This document shows, piece by piece, positions 14,405 to 25,344 of a stretch of 64,000 nt of DNA (position 1 is the stretch's first letter; each line of letters opens with the position of its first letter). The position numbers were made by a program, and so were the translations under genes. This DNA comes from Mobula hypostoma (Eukaryota), in contig NC_086097.1 of NCBI RefSeq assembly GCF_963921235.1, forward strand, positions 68,946,001 through 69,010,000, given 5' to 3'. Below the pieces are notes generated by a model. The model was not told the origin of the DNA. It searched no databases and saw nothing but the letters and a program-made list of their open reading frames with translations.

Positions 14405-14764
14405 CTTACTTTTGGAGAAGCTTCAGAGACAACACCTTTGGTTGGTTTGGAGTCACATATTGACTGGGTAAGGCTAGCAGATTTCCTTCCTCAAAGAAGA
14501 TTTTTACAACAGTCTAGTACTCCCATCATCACTATTCCTTTGCTAACTTTTTAACTTCACTTTTTAACAAACTGAATAGATATTTTCTATCTATTATTGA
14601 GAAAGCTTTTTCACAGCAATCTGTTTTGAGCTACAACTAAAAATCAATGCATGGGTAAATTTTTAGCCATTTATCTTTATACAAATGAGCATTACATAAC
14701 AAAATATTGTAAAACCATTGAGTTAAATTCTATTAAAGTGAACATTTGGGAGTTCATTCCTTAC

Positions 14765-14887
14765 CAAATGGGTTTCTAGGTAAAGTTTCAGGCTGTTTGT
14801 ATCAGCTTTTGGAGGTGTCCAGTTTTCTGTTGTTTCCATCGCTTCGAACAACCAACAAATCAATTCATCGAGTTTATTTACAAAGCC
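14765..14887 (-). CDS. AKAP6: AKAP6 coding exon, equivalent to exon 5 (123 bp), start of the spectrin-repeat region
   Basis: Not in the ORF track. Manual translation GFVNKLDELICWLFEAMETTENWTPPKADTNSLKLYLETHL. Acceptor cttctcccag|GGC, donor TTG|gtaagg. Confidence 0.95.
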
Positions 14888-15320
14888 CTGGGAGAAGAAG
14901 TGAAGATGTTAAGAGGCAGTAACTGCTATTAAAATAAATTAAATGTTGTTGTCTTTGCAGACAGCAATAATTACAAGGATGCTGACAGAATAGGAATTTA
15001 CTTATTTGTGATGTCAGCTACTGAACTTTTCCTGTCCTGGTTGGCTTTCTTTGATTAAGGGTCTTTGAACAAGTGCCTATATGTGCAATCAGTTTTGATG
15101 GAGCCATTTGTAAAATTATAACATTCTGCAAAAAATAGGAAAGAGTGCAAGCCACAATGATAACTGAATAAGTTATAAAAGTCGCTCAAAATGTAGCACA
15201 CTGGTAATATTTTTAAATTACAGTAAGTGGTTGGAGTGTGCTGAATGTGCGATTTTTTCATGGTTCATCCTGTTGAGTCATCTCCTTTCAATGTTGGTCG
15301 TGCCCTTTAAGTAGTTCTCA

Positions 15321-15640
15321 AAGTTCAAAGTAAATCTCTTATCAAAATGCATATACGTCACCATACACTACCTGGAGATTAATTTCCTTGCAGGCATTCA
15401 TAGTTGAATGAAGAAATACAATAGAATCAATGAAAAACTACACACAAGCAAAGACTGACAAAGAAACAATGTGCAAAAGAAGACAAATTGTGCAAATAAA
15501 ATAAAATAAACAAATCAATAATAAGAACATGAGTTGTAGACTCCTTGAAAGTAAGTCCAGGTGTTGTAGACTCAGTTCAGAGATGAGGTGAGTGAAGTTA
15601 TCCAAGCTGGTTCAGGAGCCTGATGGCTGATTTTTGAACC
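15321..15640 (-). mobile_element. Rex1/Babar-type LINE 3' UTR fragment
   Basis: aaagttcaaag tail and body shared with the 50661-51650 fragment. Confidence 0.5.
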
Positions 15641-16347
15641 AATATCTATTAATGCTGCTTCCTCCTTTAAAATTCAGGTTACACCTGAGTTCATTATAGT
15701 CAGACCAGCTAGGTGCAAGTGTCTCTCAAACATTGGTTGATTCAATTTGCTTGTTCTTAAAGCAGAAATCCCTGCTTGAGGATATCCCTGACCATAATCA
15801 TGTAATTTATGCTGACAATCCAATGAATATGAAAGTATGCATTGTCAGAAATATGATTGAATAGCCTGGAGGTACCAATTTAGTGAACAATTTGAACTTT
15901 TGAATAAAATGTACCATTTCTAAATCAATGAACGATTCAGATTGGAAGGGATGGTAAACACTGAGGGACACAACAACAGTCTTTGGTATCCGTGTATTTG
16001 TAATCCCATATAACTTTTCCTCTGTGCCAAAGATTTTGTAGCATCTACCTCATTTTCCTTATCATGAATCTAATACTTCATACTTACTTAACTATGCTAA
16101 AAATCATTTGGTTATTACAGGTTCCTTTGCTTCATGCCTTCTTTTAATATTTTTCACCCTTAGTTTTATTATCCCTCCTAATCATAAACTTAGAAATGGT
16201 TAACTCTATCCAAAAATCTATGCTGTTAATGTGAAATCTTAAGAAAGATGAAAGATGCATTTCACATCATTCTTCGACAGATAAAATTAGCCCGTGATCT
16301 GAATCAGGCACAAGTAGAATCAATCTGCACTAGCTTAGATCTATATA

Positions 16348-16883
16348 CCCCCTGCGCCTAATAAAGTGGCCATTGTGTGCATGTTTGTGGTCTTCTGCTG
16401 CTGTAGCCCATCCACTTCAAGGTACAACATGAAATGCTTTCACAGATGGTTTTCTACACACCATCGTTGAAACACATGGTTATTTGAGTTATTGTCACCT
16501 TCCTGTCAGCTTGAACCAGAATGACCATTCTTCTCTGCCTTCTCTCATTAACAAGGCATTTTCACCCACACAGATGCCATTCACTGTGTGTTTTTTTATT
16601 TCTCACACTATTTCTCTTGATACTGCTGTGCAAGAAAATCTCAAGAGATCAACAGCTTCTGAGATACTCAAACCACTCTGCCTGGCACCAGCAATCATTC
16701 CACAGTCAAAGTCACTTAGATCACATTTCTTTCCCATTCTGATGTTTAGTCTGAACAACAACGGAACCTCTTGACTGTATCTGCATGCTTTTATTCATTG
16801 AGTTGCTGCCACATGATTGGCTGATTAGATATTTGCACTAACGAGAGGTATACAGGTGTACCTAATAAAAGGCCCACTGAGTG
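16348..16883 (-). mobile_element. Tc1-like deletion derivative
   Basis: Ends tgtacctaataaaaggcccactgagtg-TA. Interior matches the other three copies. Confidence 0.8.
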
Positions 16884-18811
16884 TACGTCATAGTGTACTC
16901 AGTGAATTTAAAAATAAGTATGTTTCTATAGTGTGCCTTTTAGAGTTCTTACATGTATTAGAAACTTAATTTTAACCACTTCATGGACGGCCTGCGAATG
17001 GTTACACAGTAGAAATGTCTTCTCGGAAGCTGTTTCAAATGGCCATGGCCATATTACATTGGAGTGCAACATCTGTCTTGAGCAGCAGTGATGTGATCTG
17101 TCTTAAACTAACTTGAACTTAGACCTTGATGATGTATAACTACGCATCTATTAAATTGTTGAGTTATTCGATGCCACAAAGAACTCAGTTCAAAAATAAT
17201 TTGATGCTTTTCTCTTAATCAATGAATGCTTCTTCTTTGACATTTAGTAGTACTTCTGGTTGCATCTCCATCAGTCTCCCTAAAAGTCCTTTCATGGTGG
17301 AAAAGCCCTTTCCCACTGGTGGAAAATTTTACCTTCTGTTAGCTCAGAGCTAAATGTAATTATGTCTCCCTCTGCCTATAACAGCCTAAATACTGCCTGT
17401 TAAATTCCTTCCATACTTCTAGCCCAAGGATTAACTTTACTGTAGGTTCCCACCTTCATTCTTCACAAACTTTAGCTAATCCAGAATATAGGACTGATAT
17501 CAACACCAAAGCACATATCATTGAATGTCATTCTTGTTAAATCCCATCGCTTTCAAGATTTAAATACTTCTATAACCCCAAACCTGACATGCATTGCCTG
17601 CAGATGTGCCAAAGGCAGGTTTCATTATGGCCTTCAGGAGAGAATTTGAAAACTGTACTGTGAAAAAAAAATGTAAGCCTTTGCAGAAAGGGCAAAAGAA
17701 TGGAACTGGAGAGTTGACTTGGTAAAAGGCCAAAATGGATATAATTGGCTGAATGTCCTCCTCCTGAGGTAAAACTATTCTATGATACTACTGTATGTGA
17801 TTGAAGTGTCCATGATCTGTAGTCACTATTTTTATCTCCTTTTGAATTTGCTCCCCATGGTACAGTTCAAATCTGTTTTCCCCCAATCACAAGAATTTCC
17901 TTTACTTCCTACGTGGTATCCATTAACACCCTTTGGAAGACATTCTGTCACACGTTTACATGAACAGTGATTTTATATTGAATGTTGCTTTTGGTTTAAA
18001 CAAATCCCAGGATTAAAAGTTGGAAATGATAATGACATCACATACAACACATAATACAATGTTATGATTATAATTGTAGATGTCTCAGGCATTTGCAAGA
18101 GAAACCAACCATAAAAGAGAGTTGGAGTATCAACTTCTTCCAAAATTTAAACAGAACAATATTTTTCTGTATGTTTAAAATGTATTTATAAAATATTATT
18201 GTCAGATCTACACAGGCAAGCACCTCCACATCTCCACCCAGCTAGCAGAAGTCACAGAACTGCAGCCTACTTAAACCCAGCTCTCATCCACAGTGCTTTG
18301 TTCTCCCAATGAACCACCAGGCTTCAGCCATTTGATCCTGGCCTTCAGTTACCTTGTTGACTTGTTGTGTTATGTACTTGATCTCTCTTGTTTTATGGGC
18401 CCTCGTGGCTTTTTTTATTTTGCAGTTTATCAGTAAAATATCATTTAATACTAAATTGTCTCCATTGCTCTGCATTTGGGTTAAGACTCCTTTACATTTC
18501 CTGACAGCAATGGTAATCAAACAATTGACCCAGAAGAGTTTGCTCACCTAAAGGAAGTCATCCATTGACAGCAGTACACAATCCAGATGCAGTAGGAAAC
18601 CACTGACCATCTGCTCTACACTCACAACCAACTTTCTATCTCGATACAGCAACCCCGCGCTAGTCAGCCTCCTCGCTCGGAGCCCCAAATTCCAGTGCCT
18701 GAATGCTTCAAAGGATCCCCAACCTGATGCCACAACATCCTGTCTCAGTGCATCTTGCACTTCAAGCTCCATCCCTCTCTATTCCACAGACCAAGCCAAG
18801 ATTGCCTTTGT

Positions 18812-19790
18812 CATAAGAGCATAAGATATAGGAGCAGAAGTAGGCTATCTGGCCCCTTGAGTCTGCTCCGTCATTCAATCATGGGCCGATCCAATTCTTC
18901 CAGTCATCCCCACTCCTCTGCCTTCTCCCCATACCCTTTGATGCCCTGGCTAATCAAGAACCCATCTATCTCTGCCTTAAATTCACCCAGTGCCTTGGCC
19001 TCCACAGCTGCTCATGGCAGCAAATCCACAGATTTGCCACCCTCTCTCTAAGGTAATTTCGCCTCATCTCTGTTTTAAATGGACGTCCTTCAATCCTGAA
19101 GTTATGTCCTCTTGTCCTAGACTTCCCTACCACGGGAAATAACTTTGCCTTATCTAATCTATTCAGGCCTTTTTACATTAGGAATGTTTCTATGAGATTC
19201 CCCCCTCATTCTCCTGAACTCCAGGGAATACAGCCCAGGAGTTTCCAGACATTCCTCATATGGTAATCCTTTCATTCCTTGAACTATTCTCGTGAATCTT
19301 CTTTGAACCCTCTCCAATGTCAGTATGTCCTTTCTAAAATAAGGAGCCCAAAACTGCACACAATACTCCAAATGTGGTCTCACAAGTGCCTTATAGAGCC
19401 TCAATATCACATCCCTGGTATTATATTCTGTACCTCTAGAAATGAATGCCAACATTGCATTCGCCTTCTTCACCACCAACTCAACCTGGAGGTTAACCTT
19501 TAGTGTACCCTGCGCAAGGACTCCCAAGTCTCTCTGCGTCTCTGAACTTTGAATTCTCTCCCCATCTAAATAATAGTCTGCCCATTTATTTCTTCCACCA
19601 AAGTGCATGACCATACACTTTCCAACAATGTATTTCATTTGCCACTTCTTTGCCCATTCCCCTAAACTATCTAAGTCTCTCTGCATGCTCTCTGTTTCCT
19701 CAACACTACCCGCTCCTCCACCTATTTTTGTATCATCAGCAAATTTAGCCACAAATCCATTAATCCCATGGTCCGAATCATTGACATCTC
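18812..19790 (-). mobile_element. 5'-truncated CR1 LINE inserted in the Gypsy element
   Basis: 215-aa ORF with KFADDTKIGG...YKALVRPHLEYCVQFWAP, and a CR1 tail. Confidence 0.9.
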
Positions 19791-21196
19791 TCTCCTGATT
19801 GGACAAGTTCAGATCTGGACTGCTGCTAACTGGGACAATAAACCACCACTTGGAATCAATATAAGGAATTCACCACTGAGATGCTCCACATTATCGACCA
19901 TCCAGGAAGAGGAAGGAGGGCAGCAGAGCGGATACTTCACCGGTGTCAAGGCTCACGTTTGGTGCTGGATTACACCGTCGAATTCAGGACGCTCACGGTG
20001 GAGTGCAGCTACATTGCAGAATTGTTGCTGACCCATGATCATCACGGCCTCTCAGAATGCTTGAAAGACAAGTTGTCCATCCGAGAGATGTCCAGAGACT
20101 TTGAAAGCCTCATTGCTTTGGCCTTCCGATTGACAGTCGACCCTCCAGATGATCAGCCAGAATCCCAGTTCCGGTCCCAGAACCATTTCAGGTTGCAGGG
20201 CCCTCATCGTGAACATCTGCAGAACCCATAAAGTTAGGGAGAGCTCCCTTAACCCCTCAAGGGCATGAGTGTCGGTGGTGAAACAACTTGAGTGCTTACT
20301 GTGGAGCTGCTGATCACCCACGCAATGTTCCCTCTAATTTTTAGTAGTCAGTGTGTGCAAAAATCTTATATTGTGCAAATATTTTTCCTGTGACAAAAGT
20401 ATGTGCGCACTGAATGCACATATGGCACAGTTTACGTAGGTTTACAAAATATTTCACATAAAACTGCACAGAATAACAACAAAATAGCATACATATTTAA
20501 GTCACTCAGTTATTTTTTCTCTCTCCTGTCTTTGGCATTTACCCATTCTTTGTAAACTCTATCTAAACTAATAGAACTTCCATCTAATTGATAGCTTTTG
20601 ATTCTCATTAACATATCCAAATGACATTCACCTAAATGGTTTCTCAGCTTGTTTTTGAGTTGATTCGTTAGGCTAAAACCTCGCTCACAGTCCGCACTAG
20701 ATGCAAGAAAGGTTCCCCCAGTGAACATCAACTGTGCAAAGTTGCAAAACTGTTCATTTTGAAGTATAAATGCCACCATTTGAGCAAAGTTTGAAATCAG
20801 TTTGGATTTAATTTTTTCTTGCATGGAAAATTTGAAATCATTAAACTGTCTAACTATTACAGTATTTTCAGCTAGAAAATCATGATATTTTAGACATAAG
20901 GCATTAACTTGTTCATCGCCAAGTGTGAAGTCACAATTTGCAATTGCGGAGAAATCAAAAGCTGACCATTCTTGTACCTCATCTTCAGGAAAACTTTCTT
21001 CTAAATGAACACAAAGACTATTTATAAAAATCAACAGTGAACTTGTATCTACTGTGACGTTTTCTTCACATTGTTGGCTTAGCAAAATTTTAACTCCACG
21101 AAACATTGTCTCCCAGATACTGCTTTCTTATCTTGTTAATTTTTCCTCGTGCAAAATGAAGTGAATCAATCGGTGTCAGGCCACTCTTTTGCAGAA

Positions 21197-22018
21197 TGTT
21201 ACGTACCCCGTAACTGGGTTGCCAAACCAGCAGAAATGGACCACTTAGTTGGAGTCTGGTTTAACAGAACTAATAAAGTTTTATTAAAGAAATAAGTAAC
21301 ACAGTACTCTAATTGCAAGGATATAAATGCAACAGGTTAGCAATGATAGAACACACGTACACAGAACTAGGGTAATAGGAATCAAACAAGCTCTATCGCA
21401 GTCTAGGGATAAAATGATCAGTCTCAAGTGACGCAGAGTTCAGTTCAGCTGAGTACAGTTCACAGTAATCGCTGTTGTGCCGTTAGAGAGGGAATATGCA
21501 AATCTGATTCAGACAGACCTTTAACGTTCTTCGCAGTTAGCTCTCGGGCGGACCCTTTGTTATGTCTTCTGTGGTCACCAACTGTGACCCCTCCGCTCCA
21601 GATACGACCATTCTTCCACAGTGAACCCAGCACCCAGGCAAGGGCGGACACACACACCAGGTTCCCACCGATCGTACCCTTTTCACCTTGTGCGTCTGTG
21701 GTCAGTTCCCGCGACCAGACTTCCAACTCTCACCAACTTGTGGGGGCACACCGCTCTTCCAGGGTCTCGTTATCTTGTGATCTCGTGGTGTGTCTCGTGC
21801 CTTAGCGAACCTGTTCTTTTTATCCCCCTGCTGGGGTATTGCCTGTTCATCAAACTTCAAACAGTTCAGGTTCAAAGCAACTGGTCTGTCAATACTCTTA
21901 ATTGTGTTTCTCTTCCGTTATCTCTCTCCTCCCTCATTAACACTTTGAACGCTTCTCCATTGTCTCCCTTATCTCTCTCATCAGTATCAATCTTCTGATA
22001 ACTTGGTTTGTCGTCACA
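21197..22018 (-). mobile_element. Solo LTR (822 bp) inserted in the hAT transposase
   Basis: TGTTACG...CGTCACA termini and an exact 4-bp TSD agaa (21193-21196, 22019-22022). AATAAA on the minus strand near 21280. Confidence 0.85.
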
Positions 22019-22083
22019 AGAATCTTGCACAGTGCAGCCAGTTCATCATAGGCATCACTTAAGACCTGCAAAGCTACTTTGTA

Positions 22084-22216
22084 AACATGAGGAAATCTGG
22101 AGATGCTGGAAATTCAAGCAACACACACAAAATACTGGTGGAATGCAGCAGGCCAGGCAGCATCTATAGGAAGAGGTACAGTTGACATTTCGGGTCGAGA
22201 CCCTTCGTCAGGACTG
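22084..22216 (-). mobile_element. 133-bp Penelope-like terminal-repeat unit with a degenerate hammerhead
   Basis: 13-bp TSD aagctac(t/c)ttgta (22071-22083, 22217-22229). Minus strand begins CAGTCCTGACGAAGGGTCTCGACCCGAAATGTCAACT. Confidence 0.85.
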
Positions 22217-24437
22217 AAGCTACCTTGTATGTGATGTTTATCAATTTCTTGTGATAGTATTTAGCCACAAGGTCATTTGAATGATCTTTTTCAATAAAAA
22301 CTTAGTAAGCTATCTACAGCATTTGAAACAGATCTTTGTAAACTTTATGATATGAACACTGTCTGCCAAAGATGGCTGCCGCCGTGATGCAGCTGTACAA
22401 ACCGGAACAGGAAAGGTGAGGTGACGTGCATTGTGGTACTTGAACAACCGACTAACTAGTTCATAGAAACATTTAGCTAAAAGATTATTTTCAGTAAGTA
22501 TAATTTAGGTAACTAACCTTTTGTGCACACATTAATTTCCTTTGTGCGCTGGTGGAAAAACATGTGTGCCAAGTCTCTCCTTCCAGCCCAATAGCCCGAC
22601 TCACTCACTCTGTCCTCCTCCACAGACCATCAGCTCTCACACTTAGGAGGCTCAGATGGAGTCCAGTGCAGCAGGCAACTTTCTGGACCACACCCTGTGT
22701 GTGCAGCACCCTACCGAGTCTATCTCTCACCACTTCTGCATCACAGCCATTGACGAATGTCTCTTAGAGTCTGGGATGTTCAGGGTCACCCGCCACTTGT
22801 TTCCAACTCATCACCTGCAGCCTATTTAAACCCAGTTCGCATCCACAGTCCTTTGTTCACCTAATGAACCAGCCAGTCTCAACCAGTTCTTCCTAGCCTA
22901 CAGTAACCTTGTTTCTTTGTCACGTTAATTATCTGTTCTGTCTTGTTTTGTGGTTCCTCTTGACTTACTATTTTGCAGTTTATTAGTAAAATATCATTTA
23001 CTGCTAAATCATCTCTGCTGCTCTGCTTTTGGCTTAAGCCTCCTCTATATTTCCTGACTTATTAAATAATGATGTAATTGGGGCAGGGAGGTAACAGCTG
23101 AGCTTAGTAATGTGAAAGCTGAATTATAGTGAGACTCCCTCTTTAATCAAGAGCTGTACCTCCATAATATATCACTTTGTGCCACGTTGCATAACCAAAG
23201 CATATGTTGCAACTAACTTTCTGGCTCAGTAAGTCTTAATTTGCGAAGCAAATTTAAAAAAAATATGTTCAGAAATCCATGACTTTGTTAAATTTGATTA
23301 AAAAATAAATACAGCATATGTGTGGTTCACTCTGTGGGTAAAGCTCTTTAACACTGAATGTAACTAATTCTTGACTGAGCTGAGAGTGAAGGTGGAGTTT
23401 GAAATACCATCTTTAGGCATAGTGGTGCCAACCCTCATTTTTGTCCATGAATTATAGTTTCCATTTAAAATGTACACCCATGGTAGATAATGCAAAGACT
23501 TGGAAGTTCTTTCAACTACAAATAAGAAATATTCTAGTCCAGGCTTTTTGGTTGTCACTTATTAGCATTAAGGCAAAGCAGACTTAGAATTCTCATTTCT
23601 CCTGTAAGTGCATTAACTGTTGCCTGTTAACATTGTTTCCACTAGAAAACTGAAACATTGATTCCATTTCTCTTTCCACAGATGCTGCTTGACCTGCTGA
23701 GTGTTTCCAGCTTTTTCAAATTTCAAACTTTCAGTATCTACTGCTTTTTGTGAGCTTCTCGGTGAATATACTTTAACAAGTATTCATGCCCTTATTAAGC
23801 TATTGATTTCCCAACACTTGACTGTCAGAAAGTATAATATTCTCAGAAGTCTGACAACTCATTATATTTCGAAGATGGATTACAGATGAACTACTACTAA
23901 TGCCATCAATCTGAATTACTGGGAGAGGGACTGCAATAATGATTCAGATTGTTCTGAACAGCCCCAGTATAATTCAGGTTCCCCAAGTGACTTACTAAAA
24001 TTCTAGAATTCTATTTTGGACCATAATTAAATTAAGAAGTAATGTCCATATCATTAATAATGCAAAAGAAATTTAGATGTCAACATTTAGTTGGTTAATG
24101 TTTTATATTTCAATTGATACAATTTATTTATGATGCATGTTGTAAACCTTAAATAAAAATAGCCAGTGCTTCTCATTGCAGATTGATTTCTACAATGACA
24201 ACCTTATCTGTATGTAAAAAGGTACAAAACAATACAACTGATACATGCTTTTAATATAAGATAAAAATTACATTTTCATTGTCCTTGAAAGGACAATTTT
24301 TCTCCAAAGCTGTCACACATTTCCTTCCAAAATTAAATGATAGTAGAAGCAACAAGACAAGCTGCAAGAAAAAAAATATTAAGCAGTAAGCTGTCCACAT
24401 AATTGGCAAAGGCATCTGGTAAATATAAAGACAACTT

Positions 24438-24500
24438 GTCTTCCTACAGATGCTGCCTAGCCTGCTGCGTTCACCAGCAACTTTGATGTGTGTTGTTTGT
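24438..24500 (+). mobile_element. Penelope-like terminal-repeat fragment (no ribozyme part)
   Basis: cttcctacagatgctgcctagcctgctgcgttcaccagcaactttgatgtgtgttg matches the 34.3 and 46.8 kb copies. Confidence 0.7.
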
Positions 24501-25344
24501 TGAAAACAAAATGGTTTTCAAATTGTTTTGGCCATCGTCATTGAACAATAAATGCAATGGAATCTGACACCACCAGATCTTTCTCTCATGCATTTTGTGT
24601 GTCTATTTGATTAAGAAAATAGCATCAATGTGGATTCCTGTTGTTTAATAAACAGCAAAGAAAAGACTGTCATCTGTTTCTCACTGAAAATACAGATGTG
24701 TGAAATTTCAGACTCAAGTATATGTTAGATTGGAAGTGCAACAAAACCTGTAGCTTATTCAGTTCAGTACAAAGACAATAAGGAAGTTCCTTCTATGTGG
24801 GGTTATATCTTTTTATAGAATCACAGAAAGATATTTGATTCATTTTGCCAGTGAAGGACCTATGAAACAGCCATCCATTTACTCATACTGACTTTCCCTT
24901 TACCCATAACTGCATCCTTCCCTTCAAGTACTTATCCAATTTGCTTTTGAATGTTACGAATACATCTGCTTCCCTTGCTTTTTTGGGTGTGACTTCTAAA
25001 TCATGATTATCTATACAGTGCAAAAAAACTCATTTACCTCTGATTATTTTGCTGATAACCACATAGATCAGAGAGTCATTCCCCAGAGAAAAGATCCTTC
25101 ACCCACCATGCCCATGCCAACATGGAGATTAGAAGGAAATTCCCACCGATACTATTCCCATTTACCAGCAGTTGCCCATAGCCTTTGATACCATAGCGAT
25201 ACATGTCTGTGTTCTCCATTCTACTGATATTTTTATACTTGCAAGTGCCATATTCTCCAGAACAGAGCATGTAGAGAAACACTAGAATGTGTGCACGTGG
25301 TTCATTCATCTGTTAAAAAAGTGCATACTGTATATGGCAGACAT

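Larger units (their letters stand above)
20323..22570 (-). mobile_element. hAT-family DNA transposon (ZNF862-like transposase remnant); one TIR lost
   Basis: Left end caatgttccctctaattttt. ORF 20510-21106 ends in a hAT dimerization motif (ASSADCERGFS..KNKLRN.L..LDMLMRI). Further transposase frame upstream, split by two insertions. Confidence 0.8.
18200..23059 (+). mobile_element. Old Gypsy (Sushi/Ty3-like) LTR element with gag remnant, heavily nested
   Basis: Direct repeats at 18200-18506 (TGTCAG...CTGACA) and ~22777-23059 share long colinear stretches (tgcagccta.ttaaacccag..., ttttgcagtttat.agtaaaatatcattta). Gag-like peptide QGSRLVLDYTVEFRTL...HHGLSECLKDKL at 19881-20231. Confidence 0.75.

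Noticed and set aside
20510..21106. Possible ZNF862-like host gene
   Set aside because: It lies within a TIR-bearing element, is frameshifted and is interrupted by two insertions.
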